From Guillardia theta CCMP2712 (lineage: Eukaryota; Protista; Cryptophyta): 64,000 nt of DNA. Shown here piece after piece: positions 24,537 to 36,927 of this stretch. A program made the translations under genes and the position numbers. Below the pieces are notes generated by a model, which ran no database searches, was not told where the DNA came from, and saw only the letters and a list, made by a program, of their open reading frames with translations. The first letter of the stretch is position 1. The number at the start of each line of letters is the position of its first letter. The stretch covers positions 56,980 to 120,979 of the forward strand of contig NW_005434562.1 of NCBI RefSeq assembly GCF_000315625.1. Direction: 5' to 3'.

Positions 24537-27500
24537 ATGGGACATGGTAGCGGGCGCGCCCTCGGGAAGAAGAGGGGAAGGGAGGGGAGGGAGGGGAGAC
24601 AGGGAAGGGCTGCGGCTGATGAGAAGAAGGACGATCTCCAGGCTCACGCTCCTCCTAGGAGATGCCCGGGAAGGCCAAGGAAGCACCCAAGACCCTCTCC
24701 ACCACCAGAACCAAGTGCACCTCAACCTGAAACCAAGCCACATGACAGGAGCAAAGACAGCGGCAAAGCAGAAAGCGCAAGCGCAAACAGCCCTTACTCG
24801 AGAAGAGACCGTGTGCCCAAGAAAACTTCAGAGGATGAGGTCGGCGGCTTCGCAAGTTTGATCCCTAGGACCAGGAAGCCTGCAGCCGAGGAAAAGAACG
24901 AAGCGCCAGCCTCCTCTGACGTCTCTGCCAAGAGAGTTAAGGAAAGTGATAGACGTTTGCCTGCTCGAGATGCTTCCCCTGATCCTTCCGCTAATAGAGG
25001 GAGGGGGGGGATGAGGGGGAGGGGGAGGGGGAGGGGGAGGGGCAGAGGGCGGGGCAGAGGGCGGGGGAGGGGTAGAGGAGGTGGACGAAGCAATGCAGAA
25101 GGGCAACAAAATGATGGCTCGGAGGATGAAATGGACGAAGACGAAGATGACAATGATAATGATGCTGGTGCTGCTGAGGTAGAGGGAGAGGAGACGGACA
25201 ATGCACAAGCAGGTAAACTTTGTGTTGGAAGAGGAATGGACGTTTTGCTCAACAGTAGAACAGTGACGGAGAGCCAAGGTCATACGCTGGAAGCAAAGCA
25301 AGAGGCCACAGTTGATTCAGGAAACTACAAGGACGGAAACTTTACAGAAGCAACCGAGAAGAACAAGTCTGATGTGAAATCAAGTACTTCGAACATGGAT
25401 GGTCCGAATCAAAGCTCCAATTTTGATTTAGAAGGTGGACACTCCGGTGCTCAGCAATCAGCAGATGGAAAGCGAATGGCGCTGCAGGGTGGCAATCTGC
25501 AAAATTCCGATCGCAGTCAGGTTGAACAGAGGTGAATTCCAAATCTTTAGATTGCTTAATTCTAGGGAGATATTTGTTTCGGCTTTGGACTGACGTTCGT
25601 CTTCCTTTTACAGTGAAGCCTCAACCACTGAAAGCCTCAAAGGAGAGGGCGCAGTAACCGCGCAAGAAAAACCATCTGTAATCTGACTCGTGATCTACTC
25701 AGACGACTCACCTACTTGTTTGCTTCGGCAACAGGAAAAAGGAGATCAGCAAGTGAGTGTGACCTCCAGCCAGGGAGTTTCCACAATACAACAAGTAGCT
25801 CTCCTTTCATTCTTTGTGCATGATTACTTATGCTTTGTAGATGGCTGCCCTCCAGCTTGCAAGAAACAGTGGAAGTCCAACGGCCAGCCATAAGTGGGCC
25901 CATCTCGCTGGAGCCCCGATCCCGGCCAACGCCTCCTCTCCCGAGAGCGCAAGAGCCGGGTAGACGCACTGGTGACGCGGCTGAAAGCATGATGATGGCT
26001 CGTTCGCAGGTGGACCTCGTTGAAATATGCTGCTCTTGCTACTCCCCCGATCCCTGCGGGAAAGCGACCTTCGTCACAATCGAACGCACCTGTGACTGTC
26101 AGCAAGCCTGCTGAGATTAGCGGCACAGAAGGGGATTTGAGCCAAGGAGGATTGCAGAACAATGTCTCGAATACATTGAAGGGGAATGAGAGTGCGAGAA
26201 ATGCAAATGCGAACTCGAAGGCCATCGACGCTTCTGAGGCTGAGCAGCAAAACATCTCAAATGCCAACGTGCCTTCATCTCAAGGGGGAGGCGCAAAGTC
26301 AAGTTCCGAGAGCTCGTTTGCCCTCAAAGATATTTCTGTCGAGCAGGTTCTCTTCGTCTTGACCCTTTGAGCTCCAATCAGTAACATGAACGAATGACAG
26401 AACCCACCTCATACCAAGTCAGATGCCCAGAAAGAAGAGAGCGGAAAGTCCGAGGTATTTGCATGTTTTTTCAACAGGTGGTGGTGTCAACAAGTTACGA
26501 CAGGAATATACAACGCGCATGCTCGCAAGCTCCCAGGAGCTGAAGGGTATCAAAGTCTACTTGTTGGTTGCTTCTTTGTAAATTACTCACAGTCCCACGC
26601 ATCGCAAAAGGACAACGGATCTTGTGGACTCCAGTAGACGATGCGCTTCTACGTAAAGCTGGTTGTCTTAATTGATAATCTACTACCCATCTCTTACTGC
26701 TGCTGTTGTTTGCAGTGGAGAGTGGCCTTGATTTTTCAGTCATCGCCGCAGAAATGGTGCTGGATCGTGAAGCAGGAGTTGAGCCACTGAGCTTGATATC
26801 CAGCCGTTCACTTCGCCATTTTCTGTGCGCGATCTTGAGACGAGATGGTTTTCCATGCTCTACGACCCTATGATTGCGATGGAGGTCTGCTGTGCGATAT
26901 TGCCAACCGCCAGTCTGAGAGGAACTCACCAGGTTGCTTCGGAGTACGCCGTGATCCAAGGAAACGCTCCAGCTGCCAAGTTACCTTCGTCTCAAGGCAT
27001 TTTGTGATGATTGGAGGAGGAGGAGAATCGACTCATCATGCTGTGTGTGTGGCAGGAGGAAAGTTTGGGCTAAGACGACGTGACTCGGCAGAGGAAGGCT
27101 TCGGAGGCGGAAGGGCGATGATCTGCAGCGCATCGGACGCGTGAGTGTCCGCTGTCGCCATCGCGTCTTCCCTTGCCTCTGAAGCAGAGCTGCAGGCTGA
27201 TTCAAGGAGTGACGCCCAGTCTCGCCAAGGATAGCGGTATCACGGCTCTTGTTGAGGCGGTGGACTCCTCGGAGGCGGAACCAGTCAATCCCCTGGCAGC
27301 GATCGATGGTGCCGAGCTCCACTGCCTGGTGTACAAGACCAAGGTACTGCCATGGCTCCCCTGGTGTCGCCGCCTTATGTCTACCCTGTCAGATCTCGAT
27401 AGGAAGAAACTGCTCCGAAACTTCTCCGCAGGATGCTTCTGACATTGACCTCGGAGTTGAGGGAGACGCCAAGGGAGTGTCTCGCCGTCAAGCTTACATC

Positions 27501-27707
27501 CGGAAGGACAGCAAAGGCTGGTGGCTCGACAACGTTGGACCCATCTCGCACGCCCTTCTGTACTGATCTGTGACTTCGCAGGTCGGTAGAGGAAGCGTGT
27601 ATATCAACGGGAGCTCGGTGCCAAAGGGAGGCAGCAGCGAGCTGCCGGGGCGCTGCCTTCTCGTGATCGGAGGACTCAAACTTGTATTCGAGCGAGAGAA
27701 TGCATGA
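24537..27707 (+). CDS. MCRS1: Microspherule protein 1 (MCRS1/MSP58)-like: AT-hook, RG tract, long disordered region, MCRS_N domain, C-terminal FHA domain; multi-exon
   Basis: WTPVDDALL...FSVRDLETRWFSMLYDP (MCRS_N). LAAIDG, ISIGRN, DIDLGVEGDAKGVSRRQAYI, LDNVGRGSVYING, LLVIGGLKLVFE (FHA). PGRPRK AT-hook. Confidence 0.88.
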
Positions 27708-27799
27708 GGAGGAGGAGGAGGAGGAGGAGGAGAAAAAGATTTAACATCAACACAAGTTCAAAGTTACAGAAGAAATCTTAATCCAAACACAACGGTGTG

Positions 27800-28862
27800 T
27801 CTGAGAGAGTTATCCGTTCTTGGCTGACATCATCGAGTCACAACCAATCAACTTCTCCTTCCCCGCCTTCACTTCACTCACCTGCAACGTACAACAAAAA
27901 TGCGCCAGTCACGAGCGGTATGCCGATGAGCAAGAAGCTGAGAAGCACTCGGAGGGGCCTGTAGCTGCATGCTAGGTCAAGGTCAAGACTCTCCTCCCCA
28001 CAGCTCAACCTGCCGGTCGCCAACCACGAGCTGCTCTCCCACTTGAACATGGCAACAGCTGCCGGGAAATCAGAGGAGCAAAAGGAGAGCGATCAAACCG
28101 ATGCTGAGAACTTGGATGGCACTGCCTGGGATCCTGAGAGCCTGCAGGAACCCGTCAGAGCTGCAGGAACGGGACAGCAGGGCATGACGGGGATCAGAGA
28201 GAAGAGGAGGCTGAAGCTGACGAAGAGGAGCGCGAACAAGATAGCTCCCGAGTTCTCCTGTAGCTCCTCTAGCAACGTGCTGGAAGCTTCGAGCTCCTTG
28301 CCCCGCGTCTGCTCGATCGCCTCGAAGGTCCTCGGCGTCGAGGTGTACCTACCAGCGGAGTCACAAACACCAAGGGCAGACGAGCTGCCCCTGACCTTGA
28401 CCTTACTGAGGATGCGATCGAATGGTATGCGCTATGAAAGGAGGGGACACGATCGAACTCTCCTTCCCCGCTCGTTAAGTGCTTGAAGGGGTCGGCTGAA
28501 TCATTCGGCGTTTCCTCCTCCTTTGCTGGTGGGTCTTCGCTCAAGTACTTGTCACTGCCATGGCCTTCGCTGATACTTTCAAACTGATCTTTCACGTCTC
28601 GGGAGCTCTTCCTTGAGATCGACCTGTTTCCATTCACCTGCTCTTCCTCTTCGCTTCCGTGCTCCTCCTTCCTGCTGTCACTGGGTTGCCCTCCTACCCC
28701 ATTCAGCTCGTGCTCCTTGCTGTGATCGTCCGCTACCTTCCCTGCTGCCCAGCTGTCTGTGACTGCTGTCACTGCTACTTCTCCTTGGAGGAGCGGAGAG
28801 CTCCCTTCCCCCTCCCTTCCCCCCTCCCTCCCTCCTTCCCTCCCTTCTACAGCCGCCGGCAT
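27800..28862 (-). CDS. Hypothetical membrane protein, multi-exon; 3' end approximate
   Basis: An acidic 197-aa first ORF from ATG 28862, followed by exons with hydrophobic segments (GAILFALLFVSFSLLFSLIPV; IQVLSIGLIALLLL). Confidence 0.5.
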
Positions 28863-29082
28863 GTTCTTGACTGCTCTAGCTACGGCCAGTTGTAGTAGGC
28901 CCCTTGGAAACTTTGAAACTTTCTAGGGTGTGGATACTTTGGAAACTTTCAACGTCAACTCAGGAAGTTCGCCCGCTATTATCTCTACCCCCAGTCAAAC
29001 TTGGCACACTACTCTGTCAGTCGTGGAACTACACTTACACAACATCCCGGATCTGATATGATCTCTCTCGTCAGTGCTCATC

Positions 29083-29165
29083 GTCACATCGTCACCAGGT
29101 CAAGTGCTTTACTAACACATCGTCACAAGGTCAAGTTCTTTACTTACTAACACATCATCACCGGG
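29083..29165. repeat. About 2.5 imperfect copies of a ~32-37 bp unit (CACATCGTCAC.AGGTCAAGT.CTTTACTAA) in the malate synthase 3' region
   Basis: Directly visible. Confidence 0.75.
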
Positions 29166-29176
29166 TGAAACTCCCT

Positions 29177-32086
29177 TCACTTGCGACTACCTCTCTGCCC
29201 CCTCTTGTAGTCCCTTCTGAACTGCACAAGGGTGCCTTCTGTGTAGCCGTTGGCGATATCCTTCCCGTCAAGAATGAGCTTGACGGCTGCCTGGAACTCT
29301 AGTCCTTCGAAGTTGCCGACCATGGGCGTGTAGGCAGCGTCATGCTGGTTCTGACGATCAACCACCGCCGCCATCTCCTTGAGAGCTGAGAGCACTTGGT
29401 CCTTGGAGACAATGTTGTGATACAGCCAGTTGGCGATCAGCTGGGCTGAGATTCTCAACGTCGCTCGGTCCTCCATGAGCTGTGTGTCGTTGATGTCGGG
29501 GACCTTGGAGCACCCGACGCCCTGGCCCACCCACCGCACGACGTAGCCGAGGATGCTCTGGCAGTTGTTGTTCAGCTCCTTCTTCACTTCGTCCGCGTTG
29601 AGCTTCCGCTTCAGCAGCGGCACCTGCAGGATGTGATCAAGGTTAGCGCGAGGGCGACCAGCTATGTTCTCGTTCTGCACTTGCTGCACGGAGCACTTGT
29701 GGTAGTGCAGGGCGTGGAGGGAGGCAGCCGTAGGGTTGGGCACCCAGGCACAGTTGGCTCCTGCCATCGGATGCCCGATCTTCTCCTTGAGCATCTGCCG
29801 CATGTTGTCCGGAGCAGCCCACATCCCCTTCCCGATCTGAGCTTTCCCTGGAAGTTTCGCCAGCATGCCGCAGTCTACGTTCCAGTCCTCGTAGGCCTTG
29901 AGCCAGGGCTGCTGCTTCAGCTCTGCCTTGGGGTAGAAGGGACCAGCGCGAAAGCTCGTATGAATCTCGTCCCCTGTACGGTCAAGAAACCCGGTATTGA
30001 TGAAGACAATCCTCTCCTTTGCTGCTCTGATCGCCTCGTAGAGGTTGACGGTCATTCTCCTCTCCTCATCCATCATCCCCATCTTCAGCGTGTTCCTCCT
30101 CAGACCCAGGAAGTCCTCCGTTGTGTTGAAGAGCTTGTTCACAAACTCCACCTCCTCCGGCCCGTGCATCTTGGGCCGCACGATGTACACACTCCCCGTC
30201 CGCGAGTTCTTCGTCTCTCCGCTGCTTCGGAGGTCATGCAAGGCAGCCAGGCTGGTGACGGCCAGGTCGAGCATGTGCTCAGGAATCTCACTCCCGTCCT
30301 CGAGCGTCACAGCATCCGTGTACAGGTGCATCCCGACGTTTCGCACGAGGAGTACAGTAGTCCCCGGCAGCCGCAGCTCCTTTCCAGCTGGAGTCGACCA
30401 GACCCTGTCGGTGTTCATTCGCCGGGTGATCATTCTCGAGCCCTTCTGCATCTCAACACTCAAGCTTCGCTTCATCAGCCCCGCCCATGTCCGGTACACC
30501 TGCACCTTGTCCTCCGCGTCCACGGCCGCCACCGAGTCCTCGCAGTCCGCGATGGCGGTCAGGGCTGACTCCACGACGACGTCCTTGATGCCGGCGATGT
30601 TGGACTTGCCGATGCTGCTCTTGTGGTCGATGACGATCTCAAAGTGCAGCCCGTTGTTGCGCAGCAGCACGCTTCTCAGCTCGTCCCCGTCCTTAAGGAA
30701 ACCCGCAAACTGCGAGGACACGCTTCAGTTCACAAGGTTGTCAATTACTATGTACAGGAGGCTGGAAGCATTTACCTGCTTCCCATTTCTCAGAGTGTCC
30801 TGCTTCCCGTTATCGTACGTTACTGTCAACTTGCCCTGCCAGCCCCCAGTCAGAGAATGCGTGCCGCAGCGGCTATCTCCCACCTCTGAGATGGAAAATT
30901 TCTCCACCTGGGAGTATTTCTAGAGAAGACATCAGCGGACTTATCTAGCAGAAGAGACAAGGACTGACAGCGACTGCGAGCGGGAAAATATCGTCCATCC
31001 AGCGGAAAACTTCTTCAAACACCTGCGGTCTCCGCTTCACCACACGCATCGCTCCCTTCCCAGGATTCTCTTGCCTTCTTCCCTCTCGTCGGGTTGTACT
31101 CCCTCCCCCTGTGAGCGCCACCTGTGCTCCGACAGAGACGTCATCGCGCCATCGACCAACCACAAGGTGCTCACCGTCCTCAGGGATGACATCGGTGCCG
31201 TAGAAGGCGTCAAGAAGCGATCCCCTACCTCATAGCGTCAGGTCACTGATGGAGCAGCCGTCGCCGACCAGCGAGCGTTCGCAGCGTTGAGGATGAATCG
31301 AGGGTTGTCGACAGGACAGACAAGCTGGGGGAAGGTGAGTCAGAGGAAGCAGCCACGTCATCAGTACCTGAGGGCCGGCGACAAGAGCAATCTCAGGATC
31401 GACGCAGTCTGCTGAGCATGTGAGGATCCTTTACAAGCTCGAGGAACCCTGGGGACCTGTTGATATGGAGAAGGGCTCTTTCTCGGGAACCAAGTATCTG
31501 TTGCACATGGTGACGAACAAGCAATGACAACGTTCACTTCGGAGCCTCACCCGATGTCAACCAGGAACTTCTTGTACCTTTCGAACTCTATCGGCTGCGC
31601 AACCACCAATCAGCGCTCACACCATGAGACATGCCCCATCATCGTATCACCGAACGGCCTTCATGAAATTCGTCGATCTTGCTTTGGATTGCACTGCGCT
31701 TATCTAACAGCTCCTTGTTCCTGCCGCTGGCTCATCACACCCATGGCGATCAAAGTGAAGAAACTTGCCTGCTGTGGTTTTCCCTCACCATCTTCCCGAA
31801 GGAGGACCAGAAGGATTCGGACTCAATTCCTGTACCGGGACAGATCTCCTTGACAAAGTCCACCAGCTGCTCGTCTACTTTCAACCCTCCCTTGGCGACA
31901 GACGCCAAGAAACGCGCTGCGTCCACGTGGACCAGGTGAGCACGGCCATGGTTCCTTCACGTTCTCATGAGATCTCCGCAGGTCAAACGGACTAGAAGGT
32001 AACCTTGAGGCCAGAGACAGCATCCCACAGGACAGTGTCGACCTGGCGGTCTTGGCCAATCTGATTGTTTTCTTGAGACCAATCAT
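29177..32086 (-). CDS. glcB: Malate synthase G, multi-exon, with an N-terminal mitochondrial-type extension
   Basis: VLLRNNGLHFEI, ESALTAIADCEDSVAAVDAEDK, VRNVGMH, PKMHGPEEV, MDEERR, FINTGFLDRTGDEIHT, VRWVGQGVGCSKVPDI, LMEDRATLRIS; 5' exons [36 protein letters not shown]. All are typical of the G isoform. Confidence 0.96.
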
Positions 32087-32757
32087 CCTGCAACGGCCTT
32101 GATAAGTCTGATATCTAACAACGTGTAATGCTGTATGACGTAGCTCAATCCAACTGACGACTAGAGCATCTAAGGCATAATTAACCTTTCTCTTCTCATC
32201 GCACGTTAACAACCCTTCTAAATCGCCTAAACCTTCTTCTTCCCCGTTTTCTTCTCAACCCTCCACACCCCGTCTCCTCCGTCTCCTACCTCAACACGTT
32301 CAGCACCTATCCTCTGCTGTCCCTGACCCATCTCTGTGCTGTCCCTGTGCTGTCCCTCTGCTGTCCCTCTCCTGTCCCTCTCCTGTCTCTCTCGGTCTCC
32401 TTCGCTTCCCTCCTCCTCGCGCTTTGTTGTGGTTTCAGATGCACCCCGATCCCTTCGCCTCCCCCATCCCTCCCCTTCTACAATACTTGTAAATCAAAAA
32501 TAATTTAGTTTCCCAGGAATCATGCATCGATCCAGAAAATAAATGTTTTTTAAAAGTCGAAAATGAATATTTTCATAATTTCTACACCGGGGGCCGTGTC
32601 CCTGAATCTTGACTAAAGACCTTCAAATTTGACTACGATCATGCGAGGCGCTAAAATTACTCAAAGCGTGACCGCCGGATCGTTCAGTGACACCCGGCCC
32701 TCACGACGTTCGGCATCCTCCGGGCCCGGACTGAGCGGGGATGTGGCACCAGGAAAC

Positions 32758-35700
32758 ATGTCGGCAATGGACGGATCGGCAGAAAGCGCTAAGAGGAAGC
32801 GAACAGAGGGAGAGGAGGCGGGACAGAAGGCAGAGATGGGAGGGGGCAAGAACGATGGAGCGTCAGAGGATGGGGCTGCTGGTGATGACAGGAAGCTGAT
32901 CAAGGCAGAGGAGGAGCAGCAGGGCCAACTGCTAGATCGTCAAGAAGTAGAGCAACTTGGCTCCTGCTTGACGGCCCTGACCTGATGGCAGGAGGCGCGA
33001 AAGGACGTGGAAAGGTTTCTAGCTCCTATCAGGTCTAGTATGTCTTTTGCTCGACGTGCGACTGACGTGAAGGTGCACTTTAGACGAGAGCACAAGATCC
33101 CCAGGAAGCCGCAAGGTCTGATGCCTCTGCCGTTAAGACGAAGGAGGTTGACCTCTTGCTGGTTGCTTCCTCTCAGAATCAGAGAAGAACGTTGATGCTA
33201 GTGAAGGAAACTCCACGACCCCTGAAGGTCTGTCGCTGGTGAGCCTCCATGGATATGTCTGACTGGGAGCTCCAGTTAGCAGGGAAGAGGTTGTTGCGGC
33301 GAGGTCAAGATGAATGGTGCGAGAGAGAGGAGGAGGAGTGAGACATTCTACAGGAAGGCAAGGAAGGAAGCTGAACGTCAGAGCAAGAGACAGAAGCAAG
33401 GAAAGGGACAGAACAAGAACAGGGGCGATCAGAAGTCAGGGCTCAACCAGAAGGTAGAGAGGCTTGGTCCTACTTGAAGTGATCTCAATGTGACTCAACG
33501 CCCAGGTGATGAGCATTCTCCCTCATCTTTGCAAGAAGATCTCTTTAGGAGCCGAGGTACGAGACTCTGACCCTCTCCACACGCTTACGACGACCTCTCG
33601 TCAGTGTCCATTCGGCACCTCTTGCAAGTTCTCGCACGACGTTGAAGTAACTCTGTGTTTACTGGTCATTTCATCTTCTTTCTCATGCAGCAATCACAGA
33701 AATTTCTTGAGGAATGCAACAAGCTCCATGAGCTGCCTCAAGAGTTGCATGCTGGCATACCGGAAGTTCGTCCGATGTGCATGACTCGCTGCGGCTGATC
33801 CAGCGGCAGGGGAAGTTGTGTAATTGTGGACTCTGCTGTCGATTCAAGGGATGCAGGTAGTTAGAACGGTGTGCCGTCTTTTTCTGAGGAAGAAATCAGA
33901 GAGCGATGGGTTGAATACATCAGGAGCAAGCCTGAAGGGGCTGAAGTAGACATCTTGAACATGGAAGATTACGAGAAGAATATGTTGCCAAGAGACCTTC
34001 AGGTACTGGTGACAATGAGATGTATCATGTGGTAGAGGATGAAACAGAACACTGAATTGTTCTCGTATGATGACTTCGATGCATTGTTTTTCAAATGATC
34101 TACAAGTTGTTCTCGGATGATGACTTCTGTGTTCTCATCTTTCTGACATGAATGCTACAAAGGCTAAGTTGCGGGAAGTGACTGACAGAGGAAAATATGA
34201 TTGGAAGAGATGGAAACAAGAGGTAGAGAGTTCAGCGATAGAAGTTTGTGCTGACCCACTTCTGCAGCATGATGCTTACAAGAATGCGATGAAAGGGAAG
34301 AAGGACAAGAAGGATGAAGATAGAGAGCCAGACGGTTGAACCTTTCGGTAGTCTGACCTGTCTCTAACTAGAAACACAAGGTTACAGTCTCGGCAGTCGA
34401 CTCAGGGCTGAGGAGAAGAAGAAGATTGTGTTCGATCGAAAGGTCCCTTCTATGTATACTTGTTCAGGGCCTCAGCCTCCCGCGCCCCTTCAGACGATCC
34501 TCGCTCCTCTCACCACCGTCGGCAACCTTCCCTTCCGTCGCCTCTGCAAGCTCCAGGCATCTCCTCCTCTCCGCGACTTCCCTCCATCCCTTTCGCTGAT
34601 TGGAATTTCCTGCCTGTCAAAGGGATGCGACATCACGGTCGGGGAGATGGCGTTAGCATCCAAGGTAGTTATGAGTAGGGAGATCGTGATATGATGAGAT
34701 GTTCAGATTGTTGAGGGCAACGGGGGGGAGTGGGCCTTGTTCAGAAGGTCAGAGCTCCTGTTGTCTTGCCAGGAAAGCTGACTTGCCACCAATCCTCAGG
34801 CACGTCAGCGAAGACGTCTTTGGCATCCAGGTGAGAAAAACTCTCTTGAGTTATCAGCTCACTGCACCCTCTCAAAATAATCTTCCCTCCCTCACCTTGC
34901 TCCTCTCTTTAAGATCGCGGGAGGATGGCCGGACGTGGTTGCCAAGTGTGCAGAGCTCTTTGAGAGAGAGTAAGGAGGAGGGGGGGGGAGGAGCACGGAA
35001 TGAATATCTGGCAGGTGCTCAGCCGACTTCTTCGACCTGAACTGCGGCTGTCCTCTCGACGGGATCTGCGGGTGCCGCCCAAGGATTCTGATGAACGAGC
35101 TGAGAACTGCGACAGGAAGGGGATGGGTGCTGAGCTGTTGGAGAAGCCGCAGCGGCTGCAAGAGATCGTCACCATCGCTTCCAGGGTGCGTCAGTCCGCC
35201 AGCTGCAGCAACCTGATGCTTGTGATACTCCTCTCTGCGCAGACGACTTCTCTCCCCATGACGGTGAAGATTCGTGTCGGGCAGCACGAAGACCCCAGCA
35301 GGTCGTTGTCAAGGGGAGAGAGGAGCAGGGAGAGGGGGCGGATAGAGGAGCAGGAAAGTTAGGAGGTTCGAGGAGGAGGAGCTTGGGAAGGGGCAGAGGC
35401 AGGAGGAGTGAGACTGAGAGTCTGAGTAGGAGGAACGCGCATCTCCTCGTCCCACGAGTGAGACGATTACGATGCTCTCCCTTCCCCTCCTCATCCTCCT
35501 TCAGCTCGCCGACTGGGGCGCATCTGCAGTCACCATTCATGGAAGGAGCCGCCAGCAGCGATATTCCCGTCTTGCAAATTGGGAATACATAGAAGAGGTT
35601 TGACCTTTGTTCTACCAGCTCTCCTCCCCATCCTCCTCTTGCTCCCCTTCTCTTCCTTTTCTTCGTCTCCTCCCTCGAATCTATAGCTGCTCCGACTTGT

Positions 35701-36809
35701 ACATTGGAGCAAGTGTCAAGATCCGCATTTTCTTCCTTCAGCCACTTCTCCCCTCATCGTTTCTTGCCCTCTTTTCCTCATTTCATCTCTCCCTCTTTCT
35801 TTCTACCTCCTCACATTCAGCCTACCAGTGCGCTACCATCGGTCAATCCTGCGGCATCCCCGGTCAGTCTCGCCTTCCAGCCGCTGCCTTGCTGACGGGA
35901 GCGACCAGTGATCGGCAACGGAGACGTGCTTTCCTGGGAGGACTACGAGCAGCATCTGCAGGGCGGGAAGGTTCAGACCTGCATGATAGGACGAGGAGCG
36001 CTCATCAAGCCTTGGATCTTCAAGGAGGTAAGAGGGAGGATGGCGGCCATCGCGCTCATTCCCATCCCCTTCAGGTCAAGGAGCGCAAGTATTGGGACAT
36101 CAGAAGCAGCGAGCGGCTCGAGATGATGAAGGCAAGTGACCCGCTCCCACTCCGCCCTCCTCCTACTTCTTCCTCGCCTCACCTCCTCCCAGGACTTCGT
36201 TCGCTTCGGCCTCGACCACTGGGGAAGCGACAGGTGCTGCTCTCTGACCTTGCCCTGCTCCTCATACTCAGGCAGTGTGGGAGTGGAGAAGACGAGGTCC
36301 TTCTTCCTGGAGTGGCAGGTGGCGAAGAGCTGGAGATAGTAGGAGGGGATGAGTAGCTGACAGGCCTGGCACTGCCGCTACATCCCTGTGGGTCTCCTGG
36401 AGATCCTGCCGCCAGTGATCAACCATCGCAACCCTGTATGCCATCCCTTGTGCCTCCTCCTGCTCCACTCAACGCGTCTGCTCGCCCTCACCCTGTCGTG
36501 CTCCAGGGATTCACAGGGCGCGACGAGCTAGAAACGAAACTCGCAAGCACGCAAGCTGACGACTGGATCAAGGTGAAGCAGTGTGGAGTGAAAGAGAGAG
36601 AAGGAGAAGGAGCAGGGGCAGGAGAAGGAGGAGGAGTCCACTAACTTGTTCCGTCAGCTCTCCGAGATGTTCCTCGGACCGGCTCCCCCAGACCTCAAGT
36701 AAGCGCGAGTGATGGGAGGAATGGAGGGGTACGACTGAGGCTCTCCAGGTGGGTCCCCAAACATCGGAGCAGCGAAAAGAGCGCAGCAGACGCACAGGCA
36801 GAAGGATGA
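32758..36809 (+). CDS. DUS3: tRNA-dihydrouridine(47) synthase DUS3 with CCCH zinc finger(s), many exons
   Basis: [135 protein letters not shown]. Confidence 0.95.
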
Positions 36810-36927
36810 GAAACGGAGAGCAGGAGGAGAAGGAGGACGAGGACGAGGGCAACGAGTGGTCTACTTGTATTGTTTACATATCTCGCTTCCCGTAGCATAG
36901 CACAACGATACACTCTTGAGCTCTGAG

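Noticed and set aside
29633-30923. Long plus-strand ORFs antisense to malate synthase (also those antisense to the kinase-PARP and giant genes)
   Set aside because: Shadow ORFs expected from GC3-rich coding sequence.
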